Of a stretch of DNA of 64,000 nt, positions 20,806 to 31,508 are shown piece by piece. Both the position numbers and the translations under genes were made by a program. How positions within the stretch are numbered: the first letter of the stretch is position 1; each line of letters opens with the position of its first letter. The notes below the pieces were generated by a model, which was not told the DNA's origin, ran no database searches, and saw only the letters and a program-made list of their open reading frames with translations. Origin of the DNA: an uncultured virus (IMG/VR IMGVR_UViG_3300042479_000659) (Duplodnaviria; Heunggongvirae; Uroviricota; Caudoviricetes). The stretch lies in the IMG/VR virus record IMGVR_UViG_3300042479_000659; one strand, given 5' to 3'.

Positions 20806-22022
20806 ACATACCACATGAAACTTTTTGTGTACTGCCTTGGATCAGTTTAGAGGCAAGTCCTGTTGGGACTGTACGTCCTTGCTGTTTGGCCATGGACGAA
20901 ATCACTGATGACAATGGAGACAAATATAAACTGGCAACTACTGGATTAGTTGAAATACAAAATAGCCGAGCAATGAAAACTCTGCGTGAAGACTTTCTTG
21001 CTGGTAAAAAGCCGCAGAATTGCCGTCGTTGCTGGAATGAAGAACGTGCAGGACGCACTAGCAAACGTATGCACACACTGGACAGACTTAAGCACATGAT
21101 TGATGCTGATGTAGCCTGGACCGCAGATGCTATGCCTTTGATGTTCCTGGATCTTAAACTGGGCAATATTTGTAATTTAAAATGTCGTATTTGCGGCTCG
21201 TGGAGTAGCAGTCAGTTTGCCGCAGAAGAAATCAAATACAATCGTGCCGAAGATACTCGTGGCAACTTTGCTTACCAAATGCTGAAGGACGGTGCCTGGC
21301 CAAGAGAAAGTGTAGAGTTTTGGACGGACCTGGACCAGCACCTGGACAACATACGCTACATTGAGTTCACTGGCGGCGAGCCCTTTATGATTCGAGAGCA
21401 TTTTCAACTGCTACAAAAATTAGTAGACACTGGCCGTGCCAGGCAAGTTGAAATACACTACAACACCAATGGCACACAGTACCCAGAAGAAGGTGAGGCA
21501 ATCTGGAAACACTTCAAGAATGTTGAAATTGCCATCAGCATCGACGATGTAGCAGAACGGTTTGAATATCAGCGTACCAATGCTGTGTGGTCAGAAGTGG
21601 TTGAAAATGTAGCACGTTTTCGTCAACTACGCAGTCGTAACAGTAATATCACATTACAAGCCTGTTGCACTATTAATGTATTCAATGTGTACTATCTCGA
21701 AACAGTGGCCAATTGGTTAATACAACAGGGATTTGATTTTATCTACTGGAACATGATGCACGATGCCTATTACTTTAGTATTAGTACATTGCCAGAGTCG
21801 GCCAAAGCAGAAGTTACTAAACAACTGACTTCTGCAAATGTTCCACCCAAGGTACTTAAAGAGTTTGTCAGTGCAGCCGAGTTTATGAATCGTGGCAACA
21901 GTCTAGATGGACATTTGTTACGTATGAATCTACGAGACCTTGACCATAAGAGAAAGCAAAACTTAGCACAAGTGGCACCAGAGTTTGCGGCATTGATCGA
22001 CTATGACTACAACAAAACCTGA
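20802..22022 (+). CDS. Radical SAM protein with N-terminal twitch/SPASM domain
   Basis: CNLKCRIC, TGGEP; CVLPW...RPCC...CRRC. Confidence 0.85.
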   Translation: MNIPHETFCVLPWISLEASPVGTVRPCCLAMDEITDDNGDKYKLATTGLVEIQNSRAMKTLREDFLAGKKPQNCRRCWNEERAGRTSKRMHTLDRLKHMIDADVAWTADAMPLMFLDLKLGNICNLKCRICGSWSSSQFAAEEIKYNRAEDTRGNFAYQMLKDGAWPRESVEFWTDLDQHLDNIRYIEFTGGEPFMIREHFQLLQKLVDTGRARQVEIHYNTNGTQYPEEGEAIWKHFKNVEIAISIDDVAERFEYQRTNAVWSEVVENVARFRQLRSRNSNITLQACCTINVFNVYYLETVANWLIQQGFDFIYWNMMHDAYYFSISTLPESAKAEVTKQLTSANVPPKVLKEFVSAAEFMNRGNSLDGHLLRMNLRDLDHKRKQNLAQVAPEFAALIDYDYNKT

Positions 22023-23301
22023 CACACTGTGCATGGCGCCTTGGACACACACGTATCTGAGTCCGCAAACAGAACGTCGTATGTGTTGTGCGTCACGAGA
22101 ACCTGCGCAAAGTTTTGAACAGTATATTGACACCGGTACAGGCACAGGCCGGTATACTCCTATTACTTTGGATCAGCACTGGAATAGCGATCATATGCGA
22201 TCAGTGCGACGTCGGATGCTGGCCGGCGAAACGTTGCCTGAGTGCGATGTATGCAATAGCAAACTGCTAAACACCGATGTTTATCGTAGTTATTTTTGGC
22301 ATTTGTTTCGACACAAGTATGACGAGGTAGTTGCTACTACAGATGCCACAGGGTATACCACAATGAAACCTGTAAGTTGGGACTATCGTTTTAGTAATCT
22401 CTGTAACTTTAAATGCAGAACCTGCGGTGATATGCTATCTAGTGCCTGGGAAACAGAACAAAAAACACATGACATGATCAACTGGCACAATCCTAAAAAC
22501 AATTGGATGCAACCAAATGTACGTCAAGAAATAACCAAGTTTCAGGATAAACAAATTGAGGCAGAATTTGCTGAAGCAGTTGAACAACATCGTGTAGAAG
22601 AAGTATACTGGGTAGGCGGCGAACCATTGATGTATGAACAGCACTGGCGCTACATGAAAAGAATAGTAGAACTTGGAGATGGAGAAAGAGTATATGCTAG
22701 GTACAACACCAATCTTAGTCGCGTTGAGTATCGTGGCATTAATTTATATCGTGATATTTTATCTAATATACGCGACTGGCAGATTTGCGCTTCCTTGGAC
22801 GGAACAGAAGATATCGGAGAATACATACGTACAGGTTTGGAGTATGTATCCTTTTTAAATAATTTTGAGCAAGGACTAGCTTATCAAAAGAACCGAAGAC
22901 AAATGCGTCTAGACTTTACACTAACACTGCCCGGAATGTTTGAGATTATCAAAATGGAAAAGTTAGCGCAAAAGTATAATGTAGAGTTGCTGGCTAAAGT
23001 GATATTCAGTTTCGGTCCTGATATTGTTATGAGTCCATTGTCGTTGCCACGTGATTTATTAGAACCGTGGATTGACGAGTTATTACCACAATGCCACACG
23101 CAAGTAATGCGTGATATGCTTGCTCAACTGCGCACACGCCCTACATTTGCTGAACAATGGCCAGACCAATATGCCGCAGGTGTTGCAAAAGGCAAAGCTC
23201 GTGTGTTAAAATTAGAACAGATACGTACACAACCAGTTACAATGACAGACATACTGAGCAACCGGCCTGATGTATTAACGTGGTGGATGAATATACAATG
23301 A
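22003..23301 (+). CDS. Radical SAM protein with N-terminal twitch/SPASM domain
   Basis: CNFKCRTC, VGGEP; CMAPW...RMCC...CDVC. Confidence 0.85.
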   Translation: MTTTKPDTLCMAPWTHTYLSPQTERRMCCASREPAQSFEQYIDTGTGTGRYTPITLDQHWNSDHMRSVRRRMLAGETLPECDVCNSKLLNTDVYRSYFWHLFRHKYDEVVATTDATGYTTMKPVSWDYRFSNLCNFKCRTCGDMLSSAWETEQKTHDMINWHNPKNNWMQPNVRQEITKFQDKQIEAEFAEAVEQHRVEEVYWVGGEPLMYEQHWRYMKRIVELGDGERVYARYNTNLSRVEYRGINLYRDILSNIRDWQICASLDGTEDIGEYIRTGLEYVSFLNNFEQGLAYQKNRRQMRLDFTLTLPGMFEIIKMEKLAQKYNVELLAKVIFSFGPDIVMSPLSLPRDLLEPWIDELLPQCHTQVMRDMLAQLRTRPTFAEQWPDQYAAGVAKGKARVLKLEQIRTQPVTMTDILSNRPDVLTWWMNIQ

Positions 23302-24341
23302 TAGATCAAATTGAAATTACTTTAAAAGGCAATGACAACAGCACTGCAACAGTGTGGATTGATGTTGCAGATAACAGCTTGAGTCACAAATGGCTTGCCG
23401 CATTAAATACTCTGATACGTAACAATTATCATTTAGAAAAGAATTACTGTTTTTTTGGATTTGTGCAAAGTCAACGCAACGCAGAATACTTAACCGAACA
23501 AATGAACAGTAGTATTGCTGCCATTAATGCTGCCAACATTGGATATCATATTGACGATTATTTTTCAACTGCTAATACTATTGCGCCCGATGTAAAGTTA
23601 ATACATGATAAGTTAAACTATCTACATCGTTACTTTGAAGATTTGCAAGGTGTATCGGGTGCAATGAGTACTTTTTATACCAAAGCAGATCCCGCTACAC
23701 AATGGCATATAAGACAATTAAATTTGTTATGTCATGAATACGAAAGTCTTGTTCTCAGTATGCGCAAAGCACTTTATACACCTGAATGGCAACGACCTAG
23801 TCAACTCATGTGTTGGCTACACGCACCGCGATTTGTGTTAGATGAACAAGATTATGAACTGTTTGGAGTTGAAACAATCAATAGGCCACTGGGTGGAGTT
23901 TTTGTAGGCGTAAATAAAGCTGTAGGCAAACACCATTGGGAAGTGTTCAATGATGAAGGACGAGACAGCCGTGTAGGAGAGTTAATAACTACAACGCTAA
24001 AACCACAAACAGAAGCCGCCGGCGACTTTGACATTGAATGGGCCAACAATCCTGGCACATTTCCGTGGCAGCAAAAAACCTTGGCAGATTTTAGAGTATG
24101 GTTAACAAACAACGGGTTTGACCCAGAAGATAAAAGTCTAACCATTGGACATCCGCAGGTGGCACAGGTAGATTTAATCCGTAGTTTTGGAACAGATAAC
24201 TATGTAGATATATGGAACACTTTAGGAAGTCATCTTAATGTGCATAAAATACGCACCAGTGATGCAACAGCTACATATAGCTATAACTGGACAGATTCAG
24301 ATTATGCAGATCAACAAATTAAAATAATACAAGGAACATGA
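23298..24341 (+). CDS. Hypothetical protein
   Basis: ~347 aa ORF with LNYLHRYFE and LNLLCHEYE His/Glu motifs (possible metal site). Confidence 0.7.
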   Translation: MIDQIEITLKGNDNSTATVWIDVADNSLSHKWLAALNTLIRNNYHLEKNYCFFGFVQSQRNAEYLTEQMNSSIAAINAANIGYHIDDYFSTANTIAPDVKLIHDKLNYLHRYFEDLQGVSGAMSTFYTKADPATQWHIRQLNLLCHEYESLVLSMRKALYTPEWQRPSQLMCWLHAPRFVLDEQDYELFGVETINRPLGGVFVGVNKAVGKHHWEVFNDEGRDSRVGELITTTLKPQTEAAGDFDIEWANNPGTFPWQQKTLADFRVWLTNNGFDPEDKSLTIGHPQVAQVDLIRSFGTDNYVDIWNTLGSHLNVHKIRTSDATATYSYNWTDSDYADQQIKIIQGT

Positions 24342-24342
24342 T

Positions 24343-24444
24343 ATGAATTGGATTAAAAATTTATACAATCGTATTCGTTTAGAAATACGCTATCGTAAAA
24401 AACTAAAAGAACTACGCAAACGAGATCCTTTTATCTACAAATGA
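24343..24444 (+). CDS. 33-aa basic peptide preceding carbamoyltransferase
   Basis: MNWIKNLYNRIRLEIRYRKKLKELRKRDPFIYK*; fills the gap exactly, ATGA overlap with 24441. Confidence 0.7.
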   Translation: MNWIKNLYNRIRLEIRYRKKLKELRKRDPFIYK

Positions 24445-25952
24445 AGTTGAAAACATATTTGGGTATCAGTGCCGGGTTTCACGATGCCGCTGTGAGTGTA
24501 ATTCAGTCTGACGGCAGTGTACTTTTTGCCGGACATGCAGAACGCTACAGCAAAAACAAAAACGATGCACACCTAAATGATTCGATCATTGCAGAAGCAA
24601 TGTCATACGCAACTCCGGATGTGATTGCATACTATGAACGTCCGTGGGTCAAAAAACTACAACAACTATATTCGGGACAATATGAGGAAGCCTTTGATTT
24701 TGGGAATTTTACTTTGGATCAGTATTTGCATAAACATCTATCTGATACTGTTCATCGGCAGCAACTACTACGATGCCCTAGAGAATATATGTCCCATCAT
24801 CATAGTCACGCCGCCGCAGGATTCCAATCCAGCCCCTATAACAGGGCCACAGTGGTTGTAATTGATGCAATTGGCGAATTAGACACCGTAACTATCTGGG
24901 GAGCAGAATATGATCGATCAGGCATGGCAACGTATAAAAAACTTTGGACACAGCGTTACCCACATTCAATTGGATTGTTCTACAGTGCGGCTACTGGCAG
25001 CGTTGGCCTACGCCCACTAGACGAAGAATATATCTTGATGGGTATGGCCGCATATGGCAATGCTAGTCACGCTGTTAAAATGCAAGCATTGGTAGAAGAT
25101 GTAGACACCATACGCTTTTGTGAAAATCTACACACAGGAATAGACAGTCAATACCTGCAAGATTTAACTGAGTTTGATATTGCCGCAGGTGCACAAGCCA
25201 TTGCGGAACAATTGATCAACAGCGTGATGCGCAGAGCCAGAGACTTTGGCTGGAGCAACAACTTGGTCTACATGGGCGGTGTTGCTCTCAACTGTAGTGC
25301 TAACCGCAACCTAGGAGAATACTTTGATAATATTTGGATTATGCCTTGTCCTGGTGACGCTGGCAGTAGCCTGGGCGCGGCAGCACTTGCATACGGAAAA
25401 CAGATACATTGGAAAAACGCCTATTTGGGTGGTGTTATTCCAGGTGCTTATCCTGTTGCTGATATTGTATCTTGCTTACTACGCGATAAAATTGTTGGTG
25501 TTGCTAGTGGTCGTGCTGAGTTTGGCCCTAGGGCTCTCGGCAATAGGAGTTTATTAGCAGACCCGCGTGGTGCAGACATAAAGGATCGTGTAAATGATAT
25601 TAAAAGACGACAGCAATTCAGACCATTTGCGCCAGTCATTTTGGAGGAGCATGTTGATATGTATTTTGATATGCCTCATGGCTTCCATAACAGTAGGTAT
25701 ATGCAAGTCATCGCTCGCTGTAGGCATCCTCACATATTTCCTGCTATCGTTCATAGGGACGGCACTAGTAGGGTACAGACTGTTCCCAAGGATGGCTCCG
25801 GAATAAGACAACTGCTAGAAGAATGGTACAAGAACACAGGTTGTCCTATGTTGCTTAACACAAGTCTTAACATACGTGGTGAGCCCATGGTAAATGATCG
25901 TGCAGACGCAGATAGATTTGAACAATTATACGGAGTAAAAGTCTGCTCATGA
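24441..25952 (+). CDS. Carbamoyltransferase (NodU/CmcH/TobZ family)
   Basis: HDAA, HHHSHAA, GGVALNC, GDAG, EFGPRALGNRS, RPFAP, DGTSRVQTV, LLNTSLN. Confidence 0.95.
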   Translation: MKLKTYLGISAGFHDAAVSVIQSDGSVLFAGHAERYSKNKNDAHLNDSIIAEAMSYATPDVIAYYERPWVKKLQQLYSGQYEEAFDFGNFTLDQYLHKHLSDTVHRQQLLRCPREYMSHHHSHAAAGFQSSPYNRATVVVIDAIGELDTVTIWGAEYDRSGMATYKKLWTQRYPHSIGLFYSAATGSVGLRPLDEEYILMGMAAYGNASHAVKMQALVEDVDTIRFCENLHTGIDSQYLQDLTEFDIAAGAQAIAEQLINSVMRRARDFGWSNNLVYMGGVALNCSANRNLGEYFDNIWIMPCPGDAGSSLGAAALAYGKQIHWKNAYLGGVIPGAYPVADIVSCLLRDKIVGVASGRAEFGPRALGNRSLLADPRGADIKDRVNDIKRRQQFRPFAPVILEEHVDMYFDMPHGFHNSRYMQVIARCRHPHIFPAIVHRDGTSRVQTVPKDGSGIRQLLEEWYKNTGCPMLLNTSLNIRGEPMVNDRADADRFEQLYGVKVCS

Positions 25953-27220
25953 CTGATAAACAAGTATTTCCAATCAAAACAGACACAGGATGCTTGCTCA
26001 AGTGGGCCTGGAGCACTGTGTACTTAAATCAAGGCACAAGTGCTAGTTGTCACCGTACAGACCAACAACCCATACCTCCAGACAACTTTGCAAGTTTTCA
26101 TAACCTGCCAAACAAAATAGAAGCCAGGCAAATGATGTTGCGTGGCGAATGGCCACAAGGTGGGTGTCAATACTGCGAAAAGATTGAAACAGCCGGTGGC
26201 ATGAGTGATAGACAATATCAATTGCATGCTAGACATGACCATGATCGCACTCCACACGAGTTGTTTGAAGATCCAGCCACGTTGGAAGTTGTACCTACCA
26301 TACTAGAAGTGTATTTCAACAATGTATGCAACATGGCCTGCTTGTATTGCGGCAGTCACTTCAGTACCAAATGGGAAGAAGAGAACCGACGCTTTGGTGT
26401 GTTTACACAAGGCAATGTAAACTTTGGATACAACACACAATCTAATCCCAACTATGAGCGCATGTTAGCAGACTTTTGGCGTTATCTTGAAGAGAAAGAT
26501 CGTTACAAACACATACGCTACTATCAAATACTGGGTGGCGAGCCTTTCTTCCAGGCTGAATTTGACATCAGCATGGACTTCTGGGAGAGTCATCCCAATC
26601 CAGAACTCACATTTAACATTATTACCAACCTAAAGGTGCCACCTAAAAAGTTCCGAGCCTACATTGATCGCTTTGGCAAGATGGTGGAAGCCGGCGCATT
26701 AAAACGATTGCAAATCACAGGTAGTATAGATGCCTGGGGGCCACAAGAAGAGTATGTGCGGTGGGGACTAGACTTGGCCGAGTGGACAGAAAACTGGGAA
26801 TATCTACTGGATAAAGACTGGGTTGTGATGTGCGTGAACAGTGCAGTGTCGGCATTGACAATTAAAACAGCACCTGAGCTGGTGGAAAAGATAAACGAAT
26901 GGAACGATCGTCGCAATCCATGGAATCCTATCAGTTACAGTTTCATGAGTGTAATGACCCCGCCCGAAATGGTTCCAGACATATTTGGACCAGGTGTGTT
27001 TGAACAGGACTTTACACGTTTACTGGCTGCAATGCGAGAACGCAATCCCAGCGAAGTCAGTGCTAAAGAACACATGCGTGGTATTATGAAACAGATTGTA
27101 GCAGGCCCTCGCAACGCAGAACGTATTGCTGATTTGAAAGTTTATCTAACTGAAATAGATCGACGTCGTGGCACTGATTGGAAACTGTTGTTTCCGTGGT
27201 TAGCGTCACTGCCTACATAA
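25949..27220 (+). CDS. Radical SAM protein with N-terminal twitch-like domain
   Basis: CNMACLYC, LGGEP; CLLKW...SCHR...CQYC. Confidence 0.85.
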   Translation: MTDKQVFPIKTDTGCLLKWAWSTVYLNQGTSASCHRTDQQPIPPDNFASFHNLPNKIEARQMMLRGEWPQGGCQYCEKIETAGGMSDRQYQLHARHDHDRTPHELFEDPATLEVVPTILEVYFNNVCNMACLYCGSHFSTKWEEENRRFGVFTQGNVNFGYNTQSNPNYERMLADFWRYLEEKDRYKHIRYYQILGGEPFFQAEFDISMDFWESHPNPELTFNIITNLKVPPKKFRAYIDRFGKMVEAGALKRLQITGSIDAWGPQEEYVRWGLDLAEWTENWEYLLDKDWVVMCVNSAVSALTIKTAPELVEKINEWNDRRNPWNPISYSFMSVMTPPEMVPDIFGPGVFEQDFTRLLAAMRERNPSEVSAKEHMRGIMKQIVAGPRNAERIADLKVYLTEIDRRRGTDWKLLFPWLASLPT

Positions 27221-28234
27221 TTCTTCAAGACTGGGATTAAACTGTATACGACCTGCATACTCTGAGTACGCACTGGTTAAGAAATACATGGCCGCCAAAT
27301 GATCTGTATGTTCGGCGTTGCCCATTACATCATGCACAGCGTAATCTGTCCAGGTACCCCAATCTTCTAAACGGTTAATTACTCCGCTAAATCCCATGTC
27401 TACACATAGTCGACAGAAGTTCTGCATGTCTTGATAGTTGTCTTGTTGTAGCACAAACTTTAACAGTACTTCTGCACCTGTGCGTTCAGCAGTGTCCTGC
27501 AACCAAGTTAGGTTGGCAATCAACTGTGACCACTGTCCTCCTAGACGCACACGTTCATATACCTCAGCAGAGCCTGCGTCTATGCTGATAAAATACTGTG
27601 TAATGTGATCAAGTATGGGAGAATCATTTAATTGTTTTTTTAATAACAGGCCATTGGTAAACAATCGAATAGTTTGATTAGGCCCTGGCTGAAACTCTCG
27701 TATCAATGGTCGCATGATAGCACTGGCCAGTGGATCTCCGTTGCCACTCATTACAATGTGACAGGGTTCTTTGAATTCTTCTAACAAACGACGTATGTGT
27801 TGTACCTGTGCCAGTTTTCGATCGTAATCGTCGCCAGAGTTGATCATTATTGCTGAAGGCCTGCAACTTGGGCAACGTAGATTACAACTTTCGTCAACGT
27901 TGATGCTGACCACGTGTGTTGTATCTATTTTGCTAGAGTGTACTACACCACACCGATCAACCGCACAATGTGTATATGCCCCAGAATCAATGTTGGCTTG
28001 TAATGCCACTGCTGTATTACTATTCCATACACTGGCCAATGAATCAAAGTCTGAAATTTGTCCTACACTGATTGGCAACCATGCTTCACAACCGCATACA
28101 AAACAATCACCTTTCCAGTCTATAACCAACTGGCGACTGGGCGCATTGCAGTGATTGTCAATTTTTAATTTTAAATCTGCATTGCGCGGTATTGAATTGT
28201 AGGAGTGCTGATTAGCAATTGGTATAACAAACAT
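27206..28234 (-). CDS. Radical SAM protein with N-terminal twitch-like domain
   Basis: CNLRCPSC, GNGDP; CNAP...CFVCGC...CAVDRC. Confidence 0.8.
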   Translation of the reverse strand: MFVIPIANQHSYNSIPRNADLKLKIDNHCNAPSRQLVIDWKGDCFVCGCEAWLPISVGQISDFDSLASVWNSNTAVALQANIDSGAYTHCAVDRCGVVHSSKIDTTHVVSINVDESCNLRCPSCRPSAIMINSGDDYDRKLAQVQHIRRLLEEFKEPCHIVMSGNGDPLASAIMRPLIREFQPGPNQTIRLFTNGLLLKKQLNDSPILDHITQYFISIDAGSAEVYERVRLGGQWSQLIANLTWLQDTAERTGAEVLLKFVLQQDNYQDMQNFCRLCVDMGFSGVINRLEDWGTWTDYAVHDVMGNAEHTDHLAAMYFLTSAYSEYAGRIQFNPSLEELCRQ

Positions 28235-29253
28235 TATAGATATGTTTCTAAGCCGCCGCGGCGTGTCAAGTCCTGTGTACAGCAACTGATGCCACCGTCC
28301 CAGAAATAACTATGTCGCAGTTCTGAAATGATTGGATTGATACGATGCCGTTTACAGAAATCAAACACATCTCTGTTGTACGCACTGAAGATAACGTTTT
28401 CTTCGTCCAGCACTAAACAGTTAACATCAAACACTGTTTCGGCAACAAAACCTGTCCACTTGTTTAGATATGTGTCAACAAACTTTGTAAACTCCTGTGT
28501 AGGGGTTTGTCCTTGCACATACCATGCTCCGGGGCTTTGTTCGTACTTGAACTTGCCTATTTCCATGGCAGCCCAGATACTGCTATCCCAAATCTTTAAC
28601 ACTTCCCAACCGGGAAAGTCTTTGGCTAGATCTAAGTTAACATCGTGCTTGCTTGACAAGATAACACCAGGTTTAAGAATAGCAAACACAGCATCACCGT
28701 GTCCGTCTGTCACTGCTTCGTGAATACGATATTCTGGACCCAAGCAATTGTCCACAATCCAGCGTGTCTGCTCAGGTTTTAAGTAATCACTATTGTCAAA
28801 GAATACGTCACGCCCTACACGTACAATACAACTGGCACTTGCTTGATTTAAGATACAGTCAGCATCCCAACGACCATTGTGTGGATTAACAACCTGGTCA
28901 GCATACTCTGCACAAATGTCATCAAGTTCTTCCATTGGTAACACACGCAGTAACTTTTGTCCCAGACTGATTTGCCAGTCACGTGGAGTCAGTGGTGGCA
29001 AAGGTGCACCACCGTTTTCTGTTTGCCACCACACAAATTGATCCTTGGGCGGCAAGTTGGGACGACGCACACGGGCACCATAGGTTTCGATGGTCTTTTG
29101 CAGGTTGTTTAAATCTTCCTCAGTCTCAGCTAGAATTTGTTGTAGTTGATTGCGCACCTGCGGATTGTCAATAAAGTCAAAATAGTCTGGACTGTAAGCA
29201 CGACCCACAATAACTTCTTCTAAGGGTTGCCAACTGGTGTAGGAATTAATCAT
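28234..29253 (-). CDS. Amidinotransferase (StrB/glycine amidinotransferase superfamily)
   Basis: NSYTSWQPLEEVIVGR N-terminus, TPRD, GHGD, FDVN, C-terminal GGISCCTQDL with catalytic Cys. Confidence 0.8.
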   Translation of the reverse strand: MINSYTSWQPLEEVIVGRAYSPDYFDFIDNPQVRNQLQQILAETEEDLNNLQKTIETYGARVRRPNLPPKDQFVWWQTENGGAPLPPLTPRDWQISLGQKLLRVLPMEELDDICAEYADQVVNPHNGRWDADCILNQASASCIVRVGRDVFFDNSDYLKPEQTRWIVDNCLGPEYRIHEAVTDGHGDAVFAILKPGVILSSKHDVNLDLAKDFPGWEVLKIWDSSIWAAMEIGKFKYEQSPGAWYVQGQTPTQEFTKFVDTYLNKWTGFVAETVFDVNCLVLDEENVIFSAYNRDVFDFCKRHRINPIISELRHSYFWDGGISCCTQDLTRRGGLETYL

Positions 29254-30433
29254 TGTGTATTCTTTCTAATAGAGTATTTAATCTGCTGGCTTTTGAGCTA
29301 CAAAATAACTGTTGATTGTGTTCAACATCTGATCGGCAAGATTCAAACCAGGTGTGCAAGTCTTGTGACTTTAATTGTGCAATTGTTTTACGCACAGCAA
29401 TCCACCGTTCAGTATTATCTTGTATTGTATCGTAACTGTTGTCTACGACATGATCAAATGTACGATAACCCAACTCTCTCAATGCGGCCAACGAACCTGG
29501 GCACCCTACTATAACAAAAGGTTGTCCATGCTTGATTGCTTTGAATGTTTTTTCAGTTAAAAACGCACCACCTGAACCGTCTGCATCAAAATGTGTTTCC
29601 AATACTATATTACAGTAACTATCTGTAAAATGATTGGTTTCTATTAGGTGATGATCGTTATGTTGTTCGTGCGTAAGTGCATCGCAACTGTATGGACCGT
29701 TGCTTAAAAACTGGTTGATATCTGTCCTGATTTCAAGTGTGTCAACTTCGATGGGATTGTCAGTTTCGGCTTCGTCTGTAGTAACGTCTGTCCTATAACT
29801 CCAGTAACTGTTGTTCAACAACCCTGTACGATGTAGGTCTGTCATCGCAGTGGCCCGCCACCATTTGTGTGTTCTGCTTAATACGGTAAAGTCACGCAAT
29901 CGCCGATTGGTGTGTACAGGTGTTGGGGGTATTGCTTGATTACGATGCCAGTATAGAAGTTCGTGATCTGGAAAATATGCAAAGCCAGGAATACCTTCGG
30001 CCGCAGTATTGCCACTGACAAACCGGTAGCAGTTGGGTGGCAGCAAATGATTTTGACACAGTTCATCTAGTCGATCTTTGATACGGAATGGATTGTCACC
30101 TTCGTGATAGTAAAACAGCACAGTCAGTTCTTCTCGCCGTAATTGACGTCGTACTACCTCAGTCATTAAGGCAAAGTAATCAACATCAAAGTTAAAAAAG
30201 CCTAGTCCTACTGTGTAGTAAGCACCACTTGTAAGATTGCTAAGGTCAGATAACTTGTACTTGATGCCGTGTGTGTTGAAATGTTCGTACAACTCAGCAG
30301 GAACTGTGTTGGGCCAATGCTGTACAAATTCACGCCATTCTGTGGTGTAAGGCAGTGCCTGCCAACGTGCTAGTGCAGGATATGCTTTGTTACGAATTAC
30401 GCGGTCAGCAACGAAGTTATTTGCGTAGTCCAT
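29246..30433 (-). CDS. Putative glycosyltransferase-like protein ('TEK' family)
   Basis: NIVLETHF...FLTEKTFKAIKHGQPF...LGYRTF..VVDNSYD. Confidence 0.5.
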   Translation of the reverse strand: MDYANNFVADRVIRNKAYPALARWQALPYTTEWREFVQHWPNTVPAELYEHFNTHGIKYKLSDLSNLTSGAYYTVGLGFFNFDVDYFALMTEVVRRQLRREELTVLFYYHEGDNPFRIKDRLDELCQNHLLPPNCYRFVSGNTAAEGIPGFAYFPDHELLYWHRNQAIPPTPVHTNRRLRDFTVLSRTHKWWRATAMTDLHRTGLLNNSYWSYRTDVTTDEAETDNPIEVDTLEIRTDINQFLSNGPYSCDALTHEQHNDHHLIETNHFTDSYCNIVLETHFDADGSGGAFLTEKTFKAIKHGQPFVIVGCPGSLAALRELGYRTFDHVVDNSYDTIQDNTERWIAVRKTIAQLKSQDLHTWFESCRSDVEHNQQLFCSSKASRLNTLLERIHND

Positions 30434-31508
30434 GGAGCATGCCAGTTAGTTCTGGCCATAATACGTTTGTCAGGCCACCCCTGTAAAAATGGCGGAAGTT
30501 GTGTTCCACGATAGGTAAACACGCACGATGTATTGATTGGCGCTCTCGCTCGCTTTGATTGTCTAGATCTTTTAGTAATTGAGTGACCTTTTCCACACGT
30601 AGTACGTCGTCAGTTTCAGTATCATATGTTTCATCAAATATGTCATCAAATGTTTTAAATCCGTAACTGCGCATATACTCTAAACTGTTGGCAGGCGCAA
30701 CCAATACAAATGGCATTTCTAATGCAATTGCTTTAAATGTTTTTTCTGTTATGTGTGTTCTGCGTCCAAAGTATACAGTTTCGGTAGGAACATATACCAA
30801 ACTGTCTTGTGCTTCTGCATAGTTACCTAGCCAGCAACTGGTCATTTGTTGCGATTCTTCTCCTGCAAACAATCTTGGTAATGCGGCCTGTTCAAACACT
30901 TGCGAAATATCTGGATATGTGTTACAATACTTGTTGGCCACAACACTTATGTCAACGTTTTCGTATTGGCATACTCGTGGCACACTGATATGGTTATGTT
31001 CTAAACCTTGTTTGAATACATTATACAAAAACAACACACGATGATCACGCTTGCCGCCTACAATACGATTGGGACTCATAAAAGTCCGTGTGGGCGCACG
31101 ATCTCTTGCACGAGGAATTAAGAATGACTTATCATACCCACGGAACCAATCTTGACAGGCCCAGCCGTGGTAAAAATAATAGTGACTTTTCCAGCCGTAT
31201 GTTTCACACAGACGTTCAACATACTCTCCATGTTCGCTTACAACAACATGCCCACGTGGTTTTGCCCGTATATCCTTGTTGCGTCTGATAACATCGTCAA
31301 ACAATGATTTATATTCTTCTGTCCAACATGGCTCTTGATCGTGCATCCACACGTAGTCGGTTTCTATGATGTCATCACTGCCCAAGTTAAATAAAGCATC
31401 CGGGTCGGTTCTTCCTGGTGGATCACAAAAAAACAATCTCGTACCTGGTAGATTTTTTTCTATCCAAGGCCAAAAAGTATTATTATAAATCTCGTCTATT
31501 CTTATCAT
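30417..31508 (-). CDS. Putative glycosyltransferase-like protein ('TEK' family)
   Basis: VPTETVYF...ITEKTFKAIALEMPF...YGFKTFDDIFDETYD. Confidence 0.5.
   Translation of the reverse strand: MIRIDEIYNNTFWPWIEKNLPGTRLFFCDPPGRTDPDALFNLGSDDIIETDYVWMHDQEPCWTEEYKSLFDDVIRRNKDIRAKPRGHVVVSEHGEYVERLCETYGWKSHYYFYHGWACQDWFRGYDKSFLIPRARDRAPTRTFMSPNRIVGGKRDHRVLFLYNVFKQGLEHNHISVPRVCQYENVDISVVANKYCNTYPDISQVFEQAALPRLFAGEESQQMTSCWLGNYAEAQDSLVYVPTETVYFGRRTHITEKTFKAIALEMPFVLVAPANSLEYMRSYGFKTFDDIFDETYDTETDDVLRVEKVTQLLKDLDNQSERERQSIHRACLPIVEHNFRHFYRGGLTNVLWPELTGMLHGLRK

Noticed and set aside
12247..24444. RiPP precursor peptides for the SPASM/twitch enzymes
   Set aside because: No RRE/PqqD domain, peptidase or transporter, and no leader/core-like peptide; cannot be fully excluded.
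24441..29253. Saxitoxin (sxt) gene cluster
   Set aside because: Carbamoyltransferase and amidinotransferase are present, but there is no SxtA-like PKS or other core sxt genes; the context is sugar-modifying.
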